A stretch of DNA of 64,000 nt, taken from assembly GCA_009692825.1 (NCBI GenBank), contig SHYL01000001.1:2866-66865 (forward strand), written 5' to 3'. Below the pieces are notes generated by a model. It saw nothing but the letters and a program-made list of their open reading frames with translations, searched no databases and was not told the DNA's origin. Below are positions 1 to 11,034 of this stretch, in pieces. The translations under genes were made by a program, and so were the position numbers. This DNA comes from Dehalococcoidia bacterium. Its GTDB lineage: Bacteria > Chloroflexota > Dehalococcoidia > SHYB01 > SHYL01. Positions within the stretch are counted from its first letter, which is position 1, and every line of letters starts with the position of its first letter.

Positions 1-669
<669 letters not shown>

Positions 670-753
670 CCATAACTGCTGGCTGCTTATTTTGTTAAAA
701 TCTTACCTTGTTACTAAACAGGCGTGCTTTGCGCGTCTTAAGGAGCATTCTAA

Positions 754-1479
754 ATGACCACTGGCCAGGCTGCTCAGCTTCTAGTAGCTGAGGTTACGTA
801 CCGGAAAGATTACACCGAGGATATCTTCGTGTTGAGATTGAAGACCAACCACCCTTATGCGTTCAAAGCGGGCCAGTACTGCACGCTTGGAATCGGCGAG
901 GTGGAGCGTGCTTACTCCATCGTGTCCGCCCCCGACGAAAAAGAGATAGAGCTGATCATTGAGCTAGTCCACAATGGCGAAATGACACCGCTCATGCACA
1001 AGCTAAAAGTCGGTGACAAAATGTCATGCCGCCCCAGGGCTAAGGGCATATTTACACTCGACGAGAAATTAAAGAACCACGTCATGCTCGCCACCGTGAC
1101 AGGGGTAGCGCCGTATATAAGCATTCTACGCTACTACAACACCCATCCCAAGGAAGGGCACAACTTCTACGTTTTCTATGGCGGCAGCTACGCTGACGAG
1201 CTCGTGTACCATAAAGAATTTTCCGATATGGCCATGAAAATGCCAAACCTCAAATACTTTGCGACTATCAGCCGTCCTACAGAAGAGCGTAATAAGGGCT
1301 GGAACGGATACAAAGGCCGCGTAAACGTGCTGGCTGACTTGACGGTCCCCTCATGGCAGCTCGACGCGAAGACCACAATGTTTTATGCATGCGGCCACCC
1401 GGGTATGATCGAAAACGTAAAAGAGAAGTTTAAGGCCAGAGGCTACCAGGTTAAAGAAGAGCGTTTCTGGAAGGAATAG
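754..1479 (+). CDS. FNR-type FAD/NAD(P)-binding oxidoreductase (ferredoxin-NADP reductase-like)
   Basis: RAYSIVS FAD-binding motif and GTGVAP NAD-binding motif; 241 aa. Confidence 0.75.
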   Translation: MTTGQAAQLLVAEVTYRKDYTEDIFVLRLKTNHPYAFKAGQYCTLGIGEVERAYSIVSAPDEKEIELIIELVHNGEMTPLMHKLKVGDKMSCRPRAKGIFTLDEKLKNHVMLATVTGVAPYISILRYYNTHPKEGHNFYVFYGGSYADELVYHKEFSDMAMKMPNLKYFATISRPTEERNKGWNGYKGRVNVLADLTVPSWQLDAKTTMFYACGHPGMIENVKEKFKARGYQVKEERFWKE

Positions 1480-1554
1480 CCCGAAGCACTTTCCGTGTGC
1501 CCAGCATTTAAGCCTGGGGTATTCTTAATTGTCAGTTCTCCGTGAGGCGCGCCT

Positions 1555-2715
1555 ATTTTCATATCCAGCATCTCGCTTAGAAACTTCAGAATCTATAAGG
1601 CGTTAGACCTTACCCTCCGGGATGGACCGTCCATCTTTTACGGTGACAACGCTCAAGGGAAGTCAAACCTTTTAGAGGCATGCGCTCTACTTTCCGGCCA
1701 CTCTTACAGGACAGAGGTCGATAGCGAATTTATCAACTGGGAATCTCTTAATGACCCGCTCCCATTTACAAGAGTGTCAGCCTCCATCTCCAAACCTTCT
1801 GGGAATCTGAAGTTAGACGTGATAATTCAGCTGAACAAAAGTGAGGGTGGAGTAGAAGTCGAAAAGCCGAGGACGCAGAAGCGCGTCCAGGTCAACGGTT
1901 CGCCTAAACGCTGGAACGCGCTGATGGGCAAACTTAACGCCGTCTCTTTCACGGCCCAGGACATCGATATCATCACCGGCGCACCGGCATTGCGACGCCG
2001 CTACCTCGACATAGCCCTCAGCCAAACCAGCCCCTCATATGTAGAAGCGCTGTCTGAATATACCAAGGTTCTCACACAGAGGAACCACCTGCTGAAGCTG
2101 ATACAGGAAGGAAGAAATACCGAAAAGGACCTCGATTTCTGGAACGGTAAGCTCATGGAGAGCGGAAGCATAATAATCTGCGAGAGGCTTGAGACAATCA
2201 AGCAGTGGAACATCCTTATAGAACCCGTCCACGCAAGCCTATCCGCTGCTGAGGACCACTTTTCGATTAACTATTTGCCTTCTGTTGCGCCTGTGGACGG
2301 CGTTGACTTGATGGATATCAAGAAAGCGTTTGAAAAAGAGTTGGCTTTACAGAGCCGCAAAGAAATGGCGATAGGCATGACTACAGTTGGACCGCATCGG
2401 GACGACTTCATGTTCATGTTGAACGGCAAGAACCTGGCCTCATTCGGCTCAAGAGGACAGCAGAGGACCGGAGCGCTTGCGCTTAAGCTAACCGAAGCCA
2501 GCTACATACGAGACGTTGTTAAAGACAAGCCCGTGATGCTGCTGGATGACATACTGGCGGAGTTGGACGAAAAACGTAGAAGACATTTGCTTCAAACAGT
2601 CTCTGGGTATAGCCAGATATTGATGACATCAACGGACCTGGACAGGTTCGACGATCCAATCATGAGAAACGCTGCCAAGTTCAGGATACAGAACGGAAAA
2701 GTAGAACAGTATTAG
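1555..2715 (+). CDS. recF: DNA replication/repair protein RecF; N-terminus lies upstream of the tool-called ORF and probably starts at an ATT (or ATA) codon
   Basis: Frame continuous from the stop at 1543-1545. It encodes IFISSISLRNFRIYKALDL...FYGDNAQGKSNLLEA (RecF N-terminus and Walker A). There is no ATG/GTG/TTG in frame before 1774. GAGG sits 7 nt upstream of ATT at 1555. Confidence 0.8.
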   Translation: MFISSISLRNFRIYKALDLTLRDGPSIFYGDNAQGKSNLLEACALLSGHSYRTEVDSEFINWESLNDPLPFTRVSASISKPSGNLKLDVIIQLNKSEGGVEVEKPRTQKRVQVNGSPKRWNALMGKLNAVSFTAQDIDIITGAPALRRRYLDIALSQTSPSYVEALSEYTKVLTQRNHLLKLIQEGRNTEKDLDFWNGKLMESGSIIICERLETIKQWNILIEPVHASLSAAEDHFSINYLPSVAPVDGVDLMDIKKAFEKELALQSRKEMAIGMTTVGPHRDDFMFMLNGKNLASFGSRGQQRTGALALKLTEASYIRDVVKDKPVMLLDDILAELDEKRRRHLLQTVSGYSQILMTSTDLDRFDDPIMRNAAKFRIQNGKVEQY

Positions 2716-2900
2716 CTCTTTGCCGCGGGTGTTCTTGGCAAAAGGTTCGGTATAGCATCGACTATCGGGTAGTCGATCGCACACTTAGGGCAATAAAGAG
2801 AACCGGTCATTACTTCTCCGGCCTTTTCTTCCTTTATGATTAAAGAGAGGGGCGATTTGCAGGTGGGGCAGGCGAGGATTTCAACTAGACCCTTTTTCAT
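2712..2900 (-). CDS. Trm112-family small zinc-finger protein
   Basis: 62 aa with CPTC...CPKC spacing and the IVDAIP motif typical of the Trm112/DUF343 family. Confidence 0.65.
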   Translation of the reverse strand: MKKGLVEILACPTCKSPLSLIIKEEKAGEVMTGSLYCPKCAIDYPIVDAIPNLLPRTPAAKS

Positions 2901-3069
2901 TTAGAACCTCCATAGCAAGAAGCCAGTTTCATCTTAGCTGTAAAGGGCGACTCACGTCATTTAATAGTATTTAGTTGAAACACCTATATCATTTACATTT
3001 ACCGGGATGGTCCCTCAGTGAGGAAGGCCGGCAAGAGCAATATAGGAGACGCCTGCTAATATATTTATT

Positions 3070-6000
3070 ATGGTTACAACCAATAGAGATGCCCAGAGCA
3101 AACGCATATCACGGTTAAGGGAACTGCTTAAAGAGCGGATTCTCGTGATAGACGGTGCCATGGGCACGGCTATCCAATCATTCAACCTCACAGCGGAAGA
3201 CTTTGGCGGGCCTCAGTACGAGGGCTGCAACGAGTATCTCGTCATAACCAGACCTGATGTCATCGAGCAGATACACCAGGGTTATCTGAATGCAGGTGCA
3301 GATATCCTGGAGACCGATACTTTCGGGTCTACATCAGTCGTCCTGGCCGAATACAAACTCGCGCATCTGGCTCGTGAGCTTAACCAGACAGCCGCTCAGC
3401 TAGCACGGAAACTTGCAGATGCGGCTTCAACTCCTGTTAAACCAAGGTTCGTAGCAGGATCGATGGGCCCGACAACAAAGACGATATCTGTCACAGGCGG
3501 CATAACATGGGATGCCCTGGCTGATGCTTATCAGGAGCAAGCCGAAGGCCTCATTGAAGGCGGCGTTGATGTACTCCTGTTGGAGACAACTCAGGACACC
3601 CTTAACTTAAAGGCTGGCCTTGTCGGCATCGAGAAAGCTAACAAGAAGCTTGGAACCAACGTTCCTGCCGCAGTGCAAGGCACCGTTGAGCCAATGGGCA
3701 CACTGCTCGCAGGACAGGACGTAGAAGCGCTGTACACCTCCGTTGAGCACCTTGATCTCTTATGGATAGGCCTCAACTGCGCCACAGGCCCTGACTTTAT
3801 GACCGACCATATACGCACGCTCGCAAAAATATCCAAGTTTCCGGTTTCCTGCGTGCCTAACGCCGGTTTGCCGGATGAAGACGGTAGATATAACCAGACG
3901 CCGGAGATGCTTTCTAAAACAGTGGGCCGTTTCGAGGACGAAGGTTGGGTAAACCTGGTAGGCGGCTGCTGCGGAACTGTCCCGGAACACATTCGCCTGC
4001 TGGCACAATCGGTTAAAGGAAAAGCGCCGAGGCAGGCAGTCGATTCGACCGTAACGAGAGTCTCCGGCATCGAAGCGTTGACGATAGATCAAGACACCCG
4101 CCCTATAATCGTGGGCGAGCGCACAAACGTGCTGGGCAGCCGCAAGTTCAAAAAGATCATCACGGAAGGCAAATACGAGGAAGGCGCGGAGTTGGGCAGG
4201 CTTCAGGTGAAACGAGGAGCCCATATTCTGGACGTATGTCTCCAGGACCCAGACCGAGACGAGCTTGAGGATGTCATAAAGTTCCTGGAGATCCTGGTTA
4301 AAAAAACCAAGGTCCCCATAATGATTGACTCAACGGATGCCATGGTGATCGAGCAAGCGCTAAAGCGCACGCAGGGCAAATCGGTCATCAACTCCATCAA
4401 CCTCGAAGATGGTGAGTCGCGATTCCAGGCAGTCGTGCCGCTTGCAAAGAGGTTCGGCGCTGCGCTAGTTGTAGGCTGCATCGATGAAGATAAGAAACAG
4501 GCGCAGGCCATCACACGACAGCGCAAGCTGGAGATATCCCAGCGCTCTTACAAACTGCTGACTGAAAAGTACGGCATCGCGCCTGAAGATATCATCTTCG
4601 ATTTGCTTGTTTTTCCCGTGGGCACAGGCGATAAGAACTACATCGGCTCAGCCGTAGAGACTATTGAGGGTATACGCATGGTTAAGCAGGCGATGCCCCT
4701 GGCTAAAACCATTCTCGGTATATCGAATGTATCCTTCGGCCTGCCGACTGCTGGCCGTGAAGTGCTGAACGCCGTCATGCTGTATCACAGCGTGCAAGCG
4801 GGCCTCGACCTGGCGATCATAAACTCGGAGGCTCTGAAGCGTTATTTATCGATCCCTGAAGTGGAGCGCACACTTGCGGAAGACCTGATATGGTGGCGCG
4901 GCGCTGATCCTATAGGTGCATTCGCCGCCCACTTCCGCAACGCCGTCAAGGCACCTACGACAGCGGAGAAGTCCAACCTTACCTTGAACCAGCGGCTAGC
5001 GTCTTATATCGTAGAAGGCACCAAAGAAGGCCTTACGAAGGATCTGGAAGAAGCCCTTAGGGCACGCAAGCCCCTGGACATCATCAACGGACCTCTGATG
5101 GCAGGCATGGACGAGGTGGGCCGCCTATTCAACGCCAACCAGATGATAGTTGCAGAGGTCTTACAGTCAGCAGAGTCTATGAAAGCAGCCGTAGGGTATC
5201 TGGAGCCGCACATGGATAAAGACACGAGCTCCAGCAAGGGGAAAATAATTCTCGCCACCGTAAAAGGCGATGTGCATGACATCGGGAAAAACCTTGTGGA
5301 AATCATCCTATCTAACAACGGCTTCCAGGTAATAAACCTCGGCATAAACGTGCCTCCACAGGAGTTGATAAACGCTTATCAGAAGCACTCGCCGGACTTC
5401 GTAGGTCTGTCAGGCCTGCTGGTGAAGTCAGCTCAGATGATGGCCGTGACTGCGCAAGACCTTGCGCAGGCAGGCGTATCATGCCCGATACTCGTCGGCG
5501 GCGCTGCACTCACGAACAAGTTCACCCGGCTGCGAATCGCACCTGAATACAAAGGAATTGTGGCATACGCACGCGATGCCATGAGCGGCCTTGCGCTTGC
5601 AAACCGCCTGCGCGAGCCAGCAGAACGCCAGAAGATCATTGCGGAGCTAGCGGCAGTTACTAAGGGCTTCAATACAACTGAAACGGTAAGCAGTTTGGAG
5701 CGGAGTGGGGACGACTCCGTAAAGATAAAGGTTCGGGATGACAACCCAATACCACCTCCTCCAGACCTGAAGCTGCATGTTATCAGCGACTATGACATGA
5801 ACGAAGTATTCAGCTATATCAACCCGATGATGCTCTACGTCCGCCACCTTGGATATAAGGGGCGGTTCGATGATGCGATAGCGGCGGGCGAACCGAAAGC
5901 GCTCGAACTGCGCGAGACGGTCCATGAAGTAGAAAACGCAATGGTCAGCAGGCCTGATATCAAGGCAAAGGCTGTCTTTAAGTTCTTCCCGGTTAATTCT

Positions 6001-6588
6001 GAAGGAAACGATATCCTCGTATATGACGCTTCCGGTGAAAAGGTGCTGGAGCGGTTTCACTTCGGCAGGCAATCGCAGGGTGACGGGCTATGCCTGGCTG
6101 ATTTCGTCCTGCCGCGCTCAAGCGGTAAGAAAGACTACGTGGCGATGTTCCTAACCACTATCGGGCCGGGCGTGCGAGCGCTTGCGGACAAATGGAAGGA
6201 CGAAGGCAGCTTCCTGAAATCCCACATATTACAAGCGCTGGGACTGGAAGGCGCCGAGGCATTTGCTGAGCTTCTCCACAAACAGATACGCAAAATGTGG
6301 GGTATCGGAGAGCCTGACAATGCTTCTAAAGAAGACCTTTTCAAAGCCCATTACCAGGGAAAACGATACTCGTTTGGGTATCCTGCCTGCCCAAGGTTGG
6401 AAGACCAGGCACAGTTATTCAGATTGCTGGAACCGGAGAAGCATATCGGGGCACACCTTACTGAGGGTTACATGATGGACCCGGAAGGTTCTGTCAGCGC
6501 ACTCGTATTCCACCACCCGGACGCCAAGTACTTCAACCTCAGCTCTGAGGATGCGGCACGGTTAGAAAAACAGCTGGGCGGAAGTTAG
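3070..6588 (+). CDS. metH: cobalamin-dependent methionine synthase
   Basis: 1172 aa with all modules: Hcy-binding, pterin-binding, B12-binding (DxHDxG-like GDVHDIGKN) and the AdoMet reactivation domain. Confidence 0.95.
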   Translation: MVTTNRDAQSKRISRLRELLKERILVIDGAMGTAIQSFNLTAEDFGGPQYEGCNEYLVITRPDVIEQIHQGYLNAGADILETDTFGSTSVVLAEYKLAHLARELNQTAAQLARKLADAASTPVKPRFVAGSMGPTTKTISVTGGITWDALADAYQEQAEGLIEGGVDVLLLETTQDTLNLKAGLVGIEKANKKLGTNVPAAVQGTVEPMGTLLAGQDVEALYTSVEHLDLLWIGLNCATGPDFMTDHIRTLAKISKFPVSCVPNAGLPDEDGRYNQTPEMLSKTVGRFEDEGWVNLVGGCCGTVPEHIRLLAQSVKGKAPRQAVDSTVTRVSGIEALTIDQDTRPIIVGERTNVLGSRKFKKIITEGKYEEGAELGRLQVKRGAHILDVCLQDPDRDELEDVIKFLEILVKKTKVPIMIDSTDAMVIEQALKRTQGKSVINSINLEDGESRFQAVVPLAKRFGAALVVGCIDEDKKQAQAITRQRKLEISQRSYKLLTEKYGIAPEDIIFDLLVFPVGTGDKNYIGSAVETIEGIRMVKQAMPLAKTILGISNVSFGLPTAGREVLNAVMLYHSVQAGLDLAIINSEALKRYLSIPEVERTLAEDLIWWRGADPIGAFAAHFRNAVKAPTTAEKSNLTLNQRLASYIVEGTKEGLTKDLEEALRARKPLDIINGPLMAGMDEVGRLFNANQMIVAEVLQSAESMKAAVGYLEPHMDKDTSSSKGKIILATVKGDVHDIGKNLVEIILSNNGFQVINLGINVPPQELINAYQKHSPDFVGLSGLLVKSAQMMAVTAQDLAQAGVSCPILVGGAALTNKFTRLRIAPEYKGIVAYARDAMSGLALANRLREPAERQKIIAELAAVTKGFNTTETVSSLERSGDDSVKIKVRDDNPIPPPPDLKLHVISDYDMNEVFSYINPMMLYVRHLGYKGRFDDAIAAGEPKALELRETVHEVENAMVSRPDIKAKAVFKFFPVNSEGNDILVYDASGEKVLERFHFGRQSQGDGLCLADFVLPRSSGKKDYVAMFLTTIGPGVRALADKWKDEGSFLKSHILQALGLEGAEAFAELLHKQIRKMWGIGEPDNASKEDLFKAHYQGKRYSFGYPACPRLEDQAQLFRLLEPEKHIGAHLTEGYMMDPEGSVSALVFHHPDAKYFNLSSEDAARLEKQLGGS

Positions 6589-6590
6589 GC

Positions 6591-7040
6591 TTAAAGCCTG
6601 GGACGGCGCTGGCTCTCCCAGATAGTGTCATAATCCTGGCCCATAACGACTGCCGCAAGCTCAGCCTTCTCAAGCTTACGCAATGTTTCCAGCGTCGTCT
6701 GGCATTCGGCTACGGCTTTCTTGTGGCCTGAGTTTATGAAGCGCTCGACGATCCTGTCCCATATGCCAAGCCTCACGAGGCTATCGACGTACTTAGGCCA
6801 GGGCAGAACGGTAATGCTCTCCGGCCTCGGGTACTTAGGACGCATACGCCTGATACTCCGGAAGCGGTCCTCTATGGAATCTACCATTGGCGCAAGCTTT
6901 ACCATAGGTTCGTCTTCGCCATTGGTGCGTCTGTCTATAACAAGCGCTTTTCGGAGAATGGGAAAGTAAATACAGATGACCTCAGCGGTCTCAATATTCT
7001 TCATAACTTCGTTCATATCAAGTCTGAAGTCGCCGTCCAT
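6591..7040 (-). CDS. hypothetical protein
   Basis: 149-aa ORF with coherent coding appearance and no recognisable motif. Confidence 0.45.
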   Translation of the reverse strand: MDGDFRLDMNEVMKNIETAEVICIYFPILRKALVIDRRTNGEDEPMVKLAPMVDSIEDRFRSIRRMRPKYPRPESITVLPWPKYVDSLVRLGIWDRIVERFINSGHKKAVAECQTTLETLRKLEKAELAAVVMGQDYDTIWESQRRPRL

Positions 7041-7120
7041 ACCACTTCCTTATTGATAAAAATTACAGCAATTACATTATCACAAAACAGATACGAAGTA
7101 ACCAGCTTTTAGGATTATCC

Positions 7121-9295
7121 CTATTGCTTGACGCGCTCCACATTGATAACCCCTCGGACTGCTTCCAGCTTAGAGAATATCTTGGTGAGGGTGCTGACTG
7201 AGTTGATTTGAAGTGTCATGTAAATGGATACGCTGCGGTCGTCGTGCTCTATAACGCTGGCATCCTGGATATTCACGCCGACATCCGAGACGAGGGTGGT
7301 CATATCTTTCAGCAGGCCGACACGGTCCCACGCTTCAACGTGCACACGCACCGGGTAGTCTGTTTTTGTGGTTCCCCAGTTGACCTTAACAAGGCGTTCC
7401 TGCTCCTGGGCATGCTTTACGTTGTAGCAGTCTTTACGGTGAATAGTAATGCCACGGAGGCGCGTTATGAATCCTGCAACTTCATCGCCGGGGACGGGGT
7501 TGCAACACTTCGCAAGCCTTGTTAGTAAATTATCGACGCCCTGTATATTAACGCCCTTATCCCCATAGTCATCGCCTACGTGAGGCACAGAGACCATGGG
7601 CAGGCTTGCCTCTTCTTTCTGCGGTACGACTTTGGCCTGAAGCTGGTGCTGCGTGATGATGCCAGCGCCAAGCGACGCTAGAAACTCATCAGTGCTGGCG
7701 CAGTGGAACATCGGCGCGAGCTCTGCTTCATCAATGGGCACGTTAAGTCTCTTAGCCTCCCGGTCAAGCAACTCCTTGCCGCGCTCTACATTAGCGGCAT
7801 GCTCCTGCTTGCGGAACCACTGGCGCACTTTCTCCCGGGCGTGGGCTGTACGGACATAACCGAGGTCCGGGTTCAGCCAATCAAGGCTTGGCCCCCTGGA
7901 AGTCTTGCTCACAACGACTTCCACTGTATCGCCGTTCTGGAGCTCCGTGTCCAGCGACACCATCTTGCTGTTGACCTTCGCGCCTATACATCGATAGCCA
8001 AGAGCCGTGTGTATCTTGAACGCGAAATCAAGAGGAGCGGAGTGGGCGGGCAATTCCACAATATCGCCTTTAGGCGTATAAACAAATACCTGGTCCTGGA
8101 AAATGTCAGTCTTAACGGAGTCAAGAAATTCCTCGGCGCCCTCGGCGTTCTTCTGCCACTCGATAAGCTGCCTGAGCCAGCTCATCTTCTCTTCAAACTT
8201 GAGGTCTTTCGAGCCGCCTTCTTTGTACTGCCAGTGCGCAGCGACGCCGTATTCGGATATCTCATGCATCTCCTGCGTACGTATCTGTATCTCCAGCGGC
8301 TGACCGTCCAGCGCCATCACGGTAGTGTGCAGCGACTGGTACATATTCTCTTTGGGGTTAGCGATGTAATCATCAAACTGGCCCGGCAGCGGATGCCACA
8401 GCGCGTGCACTGTACCAAGCGTTCGATAGCATTCCTCGACCGTATCGACAAGCACACGAACAGCGAAGAGGTCATATATCTGGCCGAACTGTTTACCCTG
8501 GGCGGCGTACTTTTTTATCTTCTGATAAATGCTGAATATATGCTTGGGGCGACCAAGAACCTGCGCCTTAATCCCGGCTTTATCGAGCTCTTGACGGAGA
8601 GCTTTCACGACGCGCTCGGTATAAGCTTCACGCTCACCGCGCTTAGTTGTTAGAAGCTTTGAAATCTCTTTATATTTTTCAGGCTCAAGGTAGCGAAGAG
8701 ACAGGTCTTCAAGCTGCCACTTGATCTCCCACATGCCCAGCCTATGTGCGAGCGGCGTGTAAATATCGAGCGTTTCCTGGGCGATCCTGCGCTGTCGTTC
8801 CACCGAGAGAGGCTTCAAGGTGCGCATGTTGTGAAGACGGTCAGCCAGCTTTATGAGAATCACACGGATGTCCTCAGCCATGGCGACCAGCATTTTACGA
8901 AGGCTCTCGGTCTGTATGTCAGAGTGGGAGACCTGGGCACCGTCGCGCTTTTCAAGCTGAGCTTCGATCTTGCTGAGCTTTGTAGCGCCGTCTACAAGCC
9001 TGCGCACATCAGGGCCGAAGCGCCGTTCCATCTCTTCAAGCGTGATGCCACAGTCCTCAACGACGTCATGAAGAAGCGCGCCTGCAATAGTAGGGGCGTC
9101 CATCTGGAGATTAGCGAGGATAAGGGCTACGTTGAGGGGATGCTCGATGTAGGGCTCGCCGGACATGCGCGACTGACCGAGATGGCACTTTTCAGCAAAG
9201 AGATATGCCTCCTCAAGCAGCTTATGCTTTTCAGCGGGGAGATATTCTTTGGTCTTTTCAAAAAGTACAGAGGCGTCCATATAATCCGCCTTCAA
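7121..9295 (-). CDS. rel: bifunctional (p)ppGpp synthetase/hydrolase (RelA/SpoT homolog)
   Basis: 724 aa: HD hydrolase domain (HDVVED), synthetase domain, TGS and ACT domains in the canonical order. Confidence 0.95.
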   Translation of the reverse strand: MKADYMDASVLFEKTKEYLPAEKHKLLEEAYLFAEKCHLGQSRMSGEPYIEHPLNVALILANLQMDAPTIAGALLHDVVEDCGITLEEMERRFGPDVRRLVDGATKLSKIEAQLEKRDGAQVSHSDIQTESLRKMLVAMAEDIRVILIKLADRLHNMRTLKPLSVERQRRIAQETLDIYTPLAHRLGMWEIKWQLEDLSLRYLEPEKYKEISKLLTTKRGEREAYTERVVKALRQELDKAGIKAQVLGRPKHIFSIYQKIKKYAAQGKQFGQIYDLFAVRVLVDTVEECYRTLGTVHALWHPLPGQFDDYIANPKENMYQSLHTTVMALDGQPLEIQIRTQEMHEISEYGVAAHWQYKEGGSKDLKFEEKMSWLRQLIEWQKNAEGAEEFLDSVKTDIFQDQVFVYTPKGDIVELPAHSAPLDFAFKIHTALGYRCIGAKVNSKMVSLDTELQNGDTVEVVVSKTSRGPSLDWLNPDLGYVRTAHAREKVRQWFRKQEHAANVERGKELLDREAKRLNVPIDEAELAPMFHCASTDEFLASLGAGIITQHQLQAKVVPQKEEASLPMVSVPHVGDDYGDKGVNIQGVDNLLTRLAKCCNPVPGDEVAGFITRLRGITIHRKDCYNVKHAQEQERLVKVNWGTTKTDYPVRVHVEAWDRVGLLKDMTTLVSDVGVNIQDASVIEHDDRSVSIYMTLQINSVSTLTKIFSKLEAVRGVINVERVKQ

Positions 9296-9708
9296 ACGGT
9301 ATATAAAGTATACCTTCCATTAACATTGCTTATTGGGGGTGTTTCTGCACTCTTTTGTTGTCAACATAAAGTTGGCTTGAACGTAAAAATGGGTTCGTTC
9401 CGCAAAATATATGGTTTCAACTTTAGGGGCCTCATTCCTGAAGAAGTCTCATTACGCAAGCCACGAAGTTTTTAGCCTGTGGAACAACCTGGCAGCCAGC
9501 GCCCCTCTTTAACCATATGAGAAGACCCGAACTATGGGCAGGGCATTCATGTTGTGACGTTAATCTATGAGCAAGAAGATTGGAAGAAGCAAAATACACA
9601 AAATGAATACTCTTTTTGGATTTTTAGTTGGAAAAGAGGTAATTCGTTTCACTCAGGATGAACAACGTCAATGAATCCCGCAGCATCCGCTCAGTAATAA
9701 AAGGCGGT

Positions 9709-10296
9709 TTAGCCGCGCTCAATGATGAGCGCGTTGCGAGCGTCAATCAGAGATGGGTGAATGGTTTCGCCGTGGGATAGCTGATAGCCGACCTGGGCGG
9801 ACATCCATTCCAATAGGGCACCGTTCAAATCCGACTGAGACCTAGTTCTAACACTTGCATTCTGCGAATAGCCTTTATCTTTTGTAGGGTCCAGCTTATC
9901 GGATAGGAATAAGACGCGCTCCAGAACAGACATACCTTTGCGGCCCGTGGTGTGCCACCATACCGCATTCAATATATCGGCGTCCACGATGCCCCATTCT
10001 CGGCGCAGAAGCTCCGCACCAACGGGGCCGTGAAGAAGAACCGGCGCACGCTCATCAAGTGGTGTGACGGGTATGCCAAAGTCTTTTGCGAGCGAGATGA
10101 GGCGTTCGCCCCGCTCATGACGGCAGACATCATGTACCCACGCGGTAAGCTCAACGACATTTTTTTCGCAGCCGAACCGCAGTCCCATATCGGACGCGAT
10201 ACCGCTAACGCGGTGGCAGTGCTCAAACAGTCCCTTGGGAAGCACGCGCTCCAGCCGTCCGACGATATCGCTAGTGTTATATCCAAATGTAGTCAT
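9709..10296 (-). CDS. yqeK: HD-domain phosphohydrolase, YqeK family (Ap4A hydrolase-like)
   Basis: HD motif (VHDVCRH), about 195 aa, the usual YqeK size. Confidence 0.65.
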   Translation of the reverse strand: MTTFGYNTSDIVGRLERVLPKGLFEHCHRVSGIASDMGLRFGCEKNVVELTAWVHDVCRHERGERLISLAKDFGIPVTPLDERAPVLLHGPVGAELLRREWGIVDADILNAVWWHTTGRKGMSVLERVLFLSDKLDPTKDKGYSQNASVRTRSQSDLNGALLEWMSAQVGYQLSHGETIHPSLIDARNALIIERG

Positions 10297-10308
10297 TGAG
10301 TTCGAAAC

Positions 10309-10701
10309 CTAAGCTTTGACTTTAGGCGGCAATGGTTCCCAGTGCTTGCACAGAAGCGGCCCAAGCTGGCGGCCGCCGAATACGTGGATATGAAGATGAT
10401 ATACAGTCTGACCGCCGTCGCGGTTGCAGTTTATCTGCAATCTGTAACCCTTATCAGCAATGCCGTGGGCTTTTGCAGCCTCATTAGCAACGCTCATGAG
10501 ATGGCCTATGAGGGGCTCCTGTTCAGGTGTGATGTGGCCGATAGTGGGTATGTGCTCATAAGGGATAACCAGGAGGTGAATAGGTGCCTGAGCGTTTATG
10601 TCTTTTATTACGAAAGCCCTATCGCCTTTGTAAAGCAGATCGCTCTTAATTTCACCTTTGCCTATTTTGCAAAATATGCAATCTTCCATATAAGTCTCCA
10701 T
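10309..10701 (-). CDS. HIT-family nucleotide hydrolase
   Basis: HLHIHVFGG histidine triad at the C-terminus. Confidence 0.8.
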   Translation of the reverse strand: METYMEDCIFCKIGKGEIKSDLLYKGDRAFVIKDINAQAPIHLLVIPYEHIPTIGHITPEQEPLIGHLMSVANEAAKAHGIADKGYRLQINCNRDGGQTVYHLHIHVFGGRQLGPLLCKHWEPLPPKVKA

Positions 10702-10760
10702 GAGCTATCTGCCGTGCGACGGGCCCACAACAACCCCTGCAAAGTGGCGAGACTAAAAGG

Positions 10761-11009
10761 TCACTTGCTTGTGTTAACGGAGAGGCATGTTACGGTTCTT
10801 GCGATGCCAGGAATCGTGTGAACCTTGCTCGTAACCAGATCGCCAACGGTGTTCAGGTCCGCAGCTTCAACGACTGCTATAACATCGTAAGGACCGGTGA
10901 CTGCATCAACACTGCGGATACCCTTGACCTTGCTTATCGCGATTACGACATCGCTAGTCTTGCCTACTGAGGTCTCGATAAGAACGAACGCTTTGGTTGG
11001 CATAATCAA
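10761..11009 (-). CDS. stand-alone Lrp/AsnC ligand-binding (RAM) domain protein
   Basis: 82 aa, similar to the C-terminal domain of AsnC-family regulators, without an HTH. Confidence 0.55.
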   Translation of the reverse strand: MIMPTKAFVLIETSVGKTSDVVIAISKVKGIRSVDAVTGPYDVIAVVEAADLNTVGDLVTSKVHTIPGIARTVTCLSVNTSK

Positions 11010-11034
11010 TCCTCCTAATGCCGGCGGCTATTAA

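Noticed and set aside
2901-3069. Possible cobalamin, SAM or SAH riboswitch in the metH leader (segments such as GGTCCCTCAGTG, GAGGAAGGCCGG and AGGAGACGCCTGC resemble parts of the B12 element)
   Set aside because: The matches are partial and out of order relative to the Rfam consensus as I recall it. B12 repression of a B12-dependent enzyme is not expected. A covariance-model scan is needed before calling it.
3591-6344. Long antisense or alternative-frame ORFs within metH (for example 3760-4224 and 5647-6072, both minus)
   Set aside because: They are fully embedded in a confidently identified 1172-aa gene, have no motifs, and show the shadow-ORF compositional bias.
7703-8653. 316-aa plus-strand ORF antisense to relA/spoT
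   Set aside because: It is a shadow ORF of a strongly conserved gene, with no recognisable domain.
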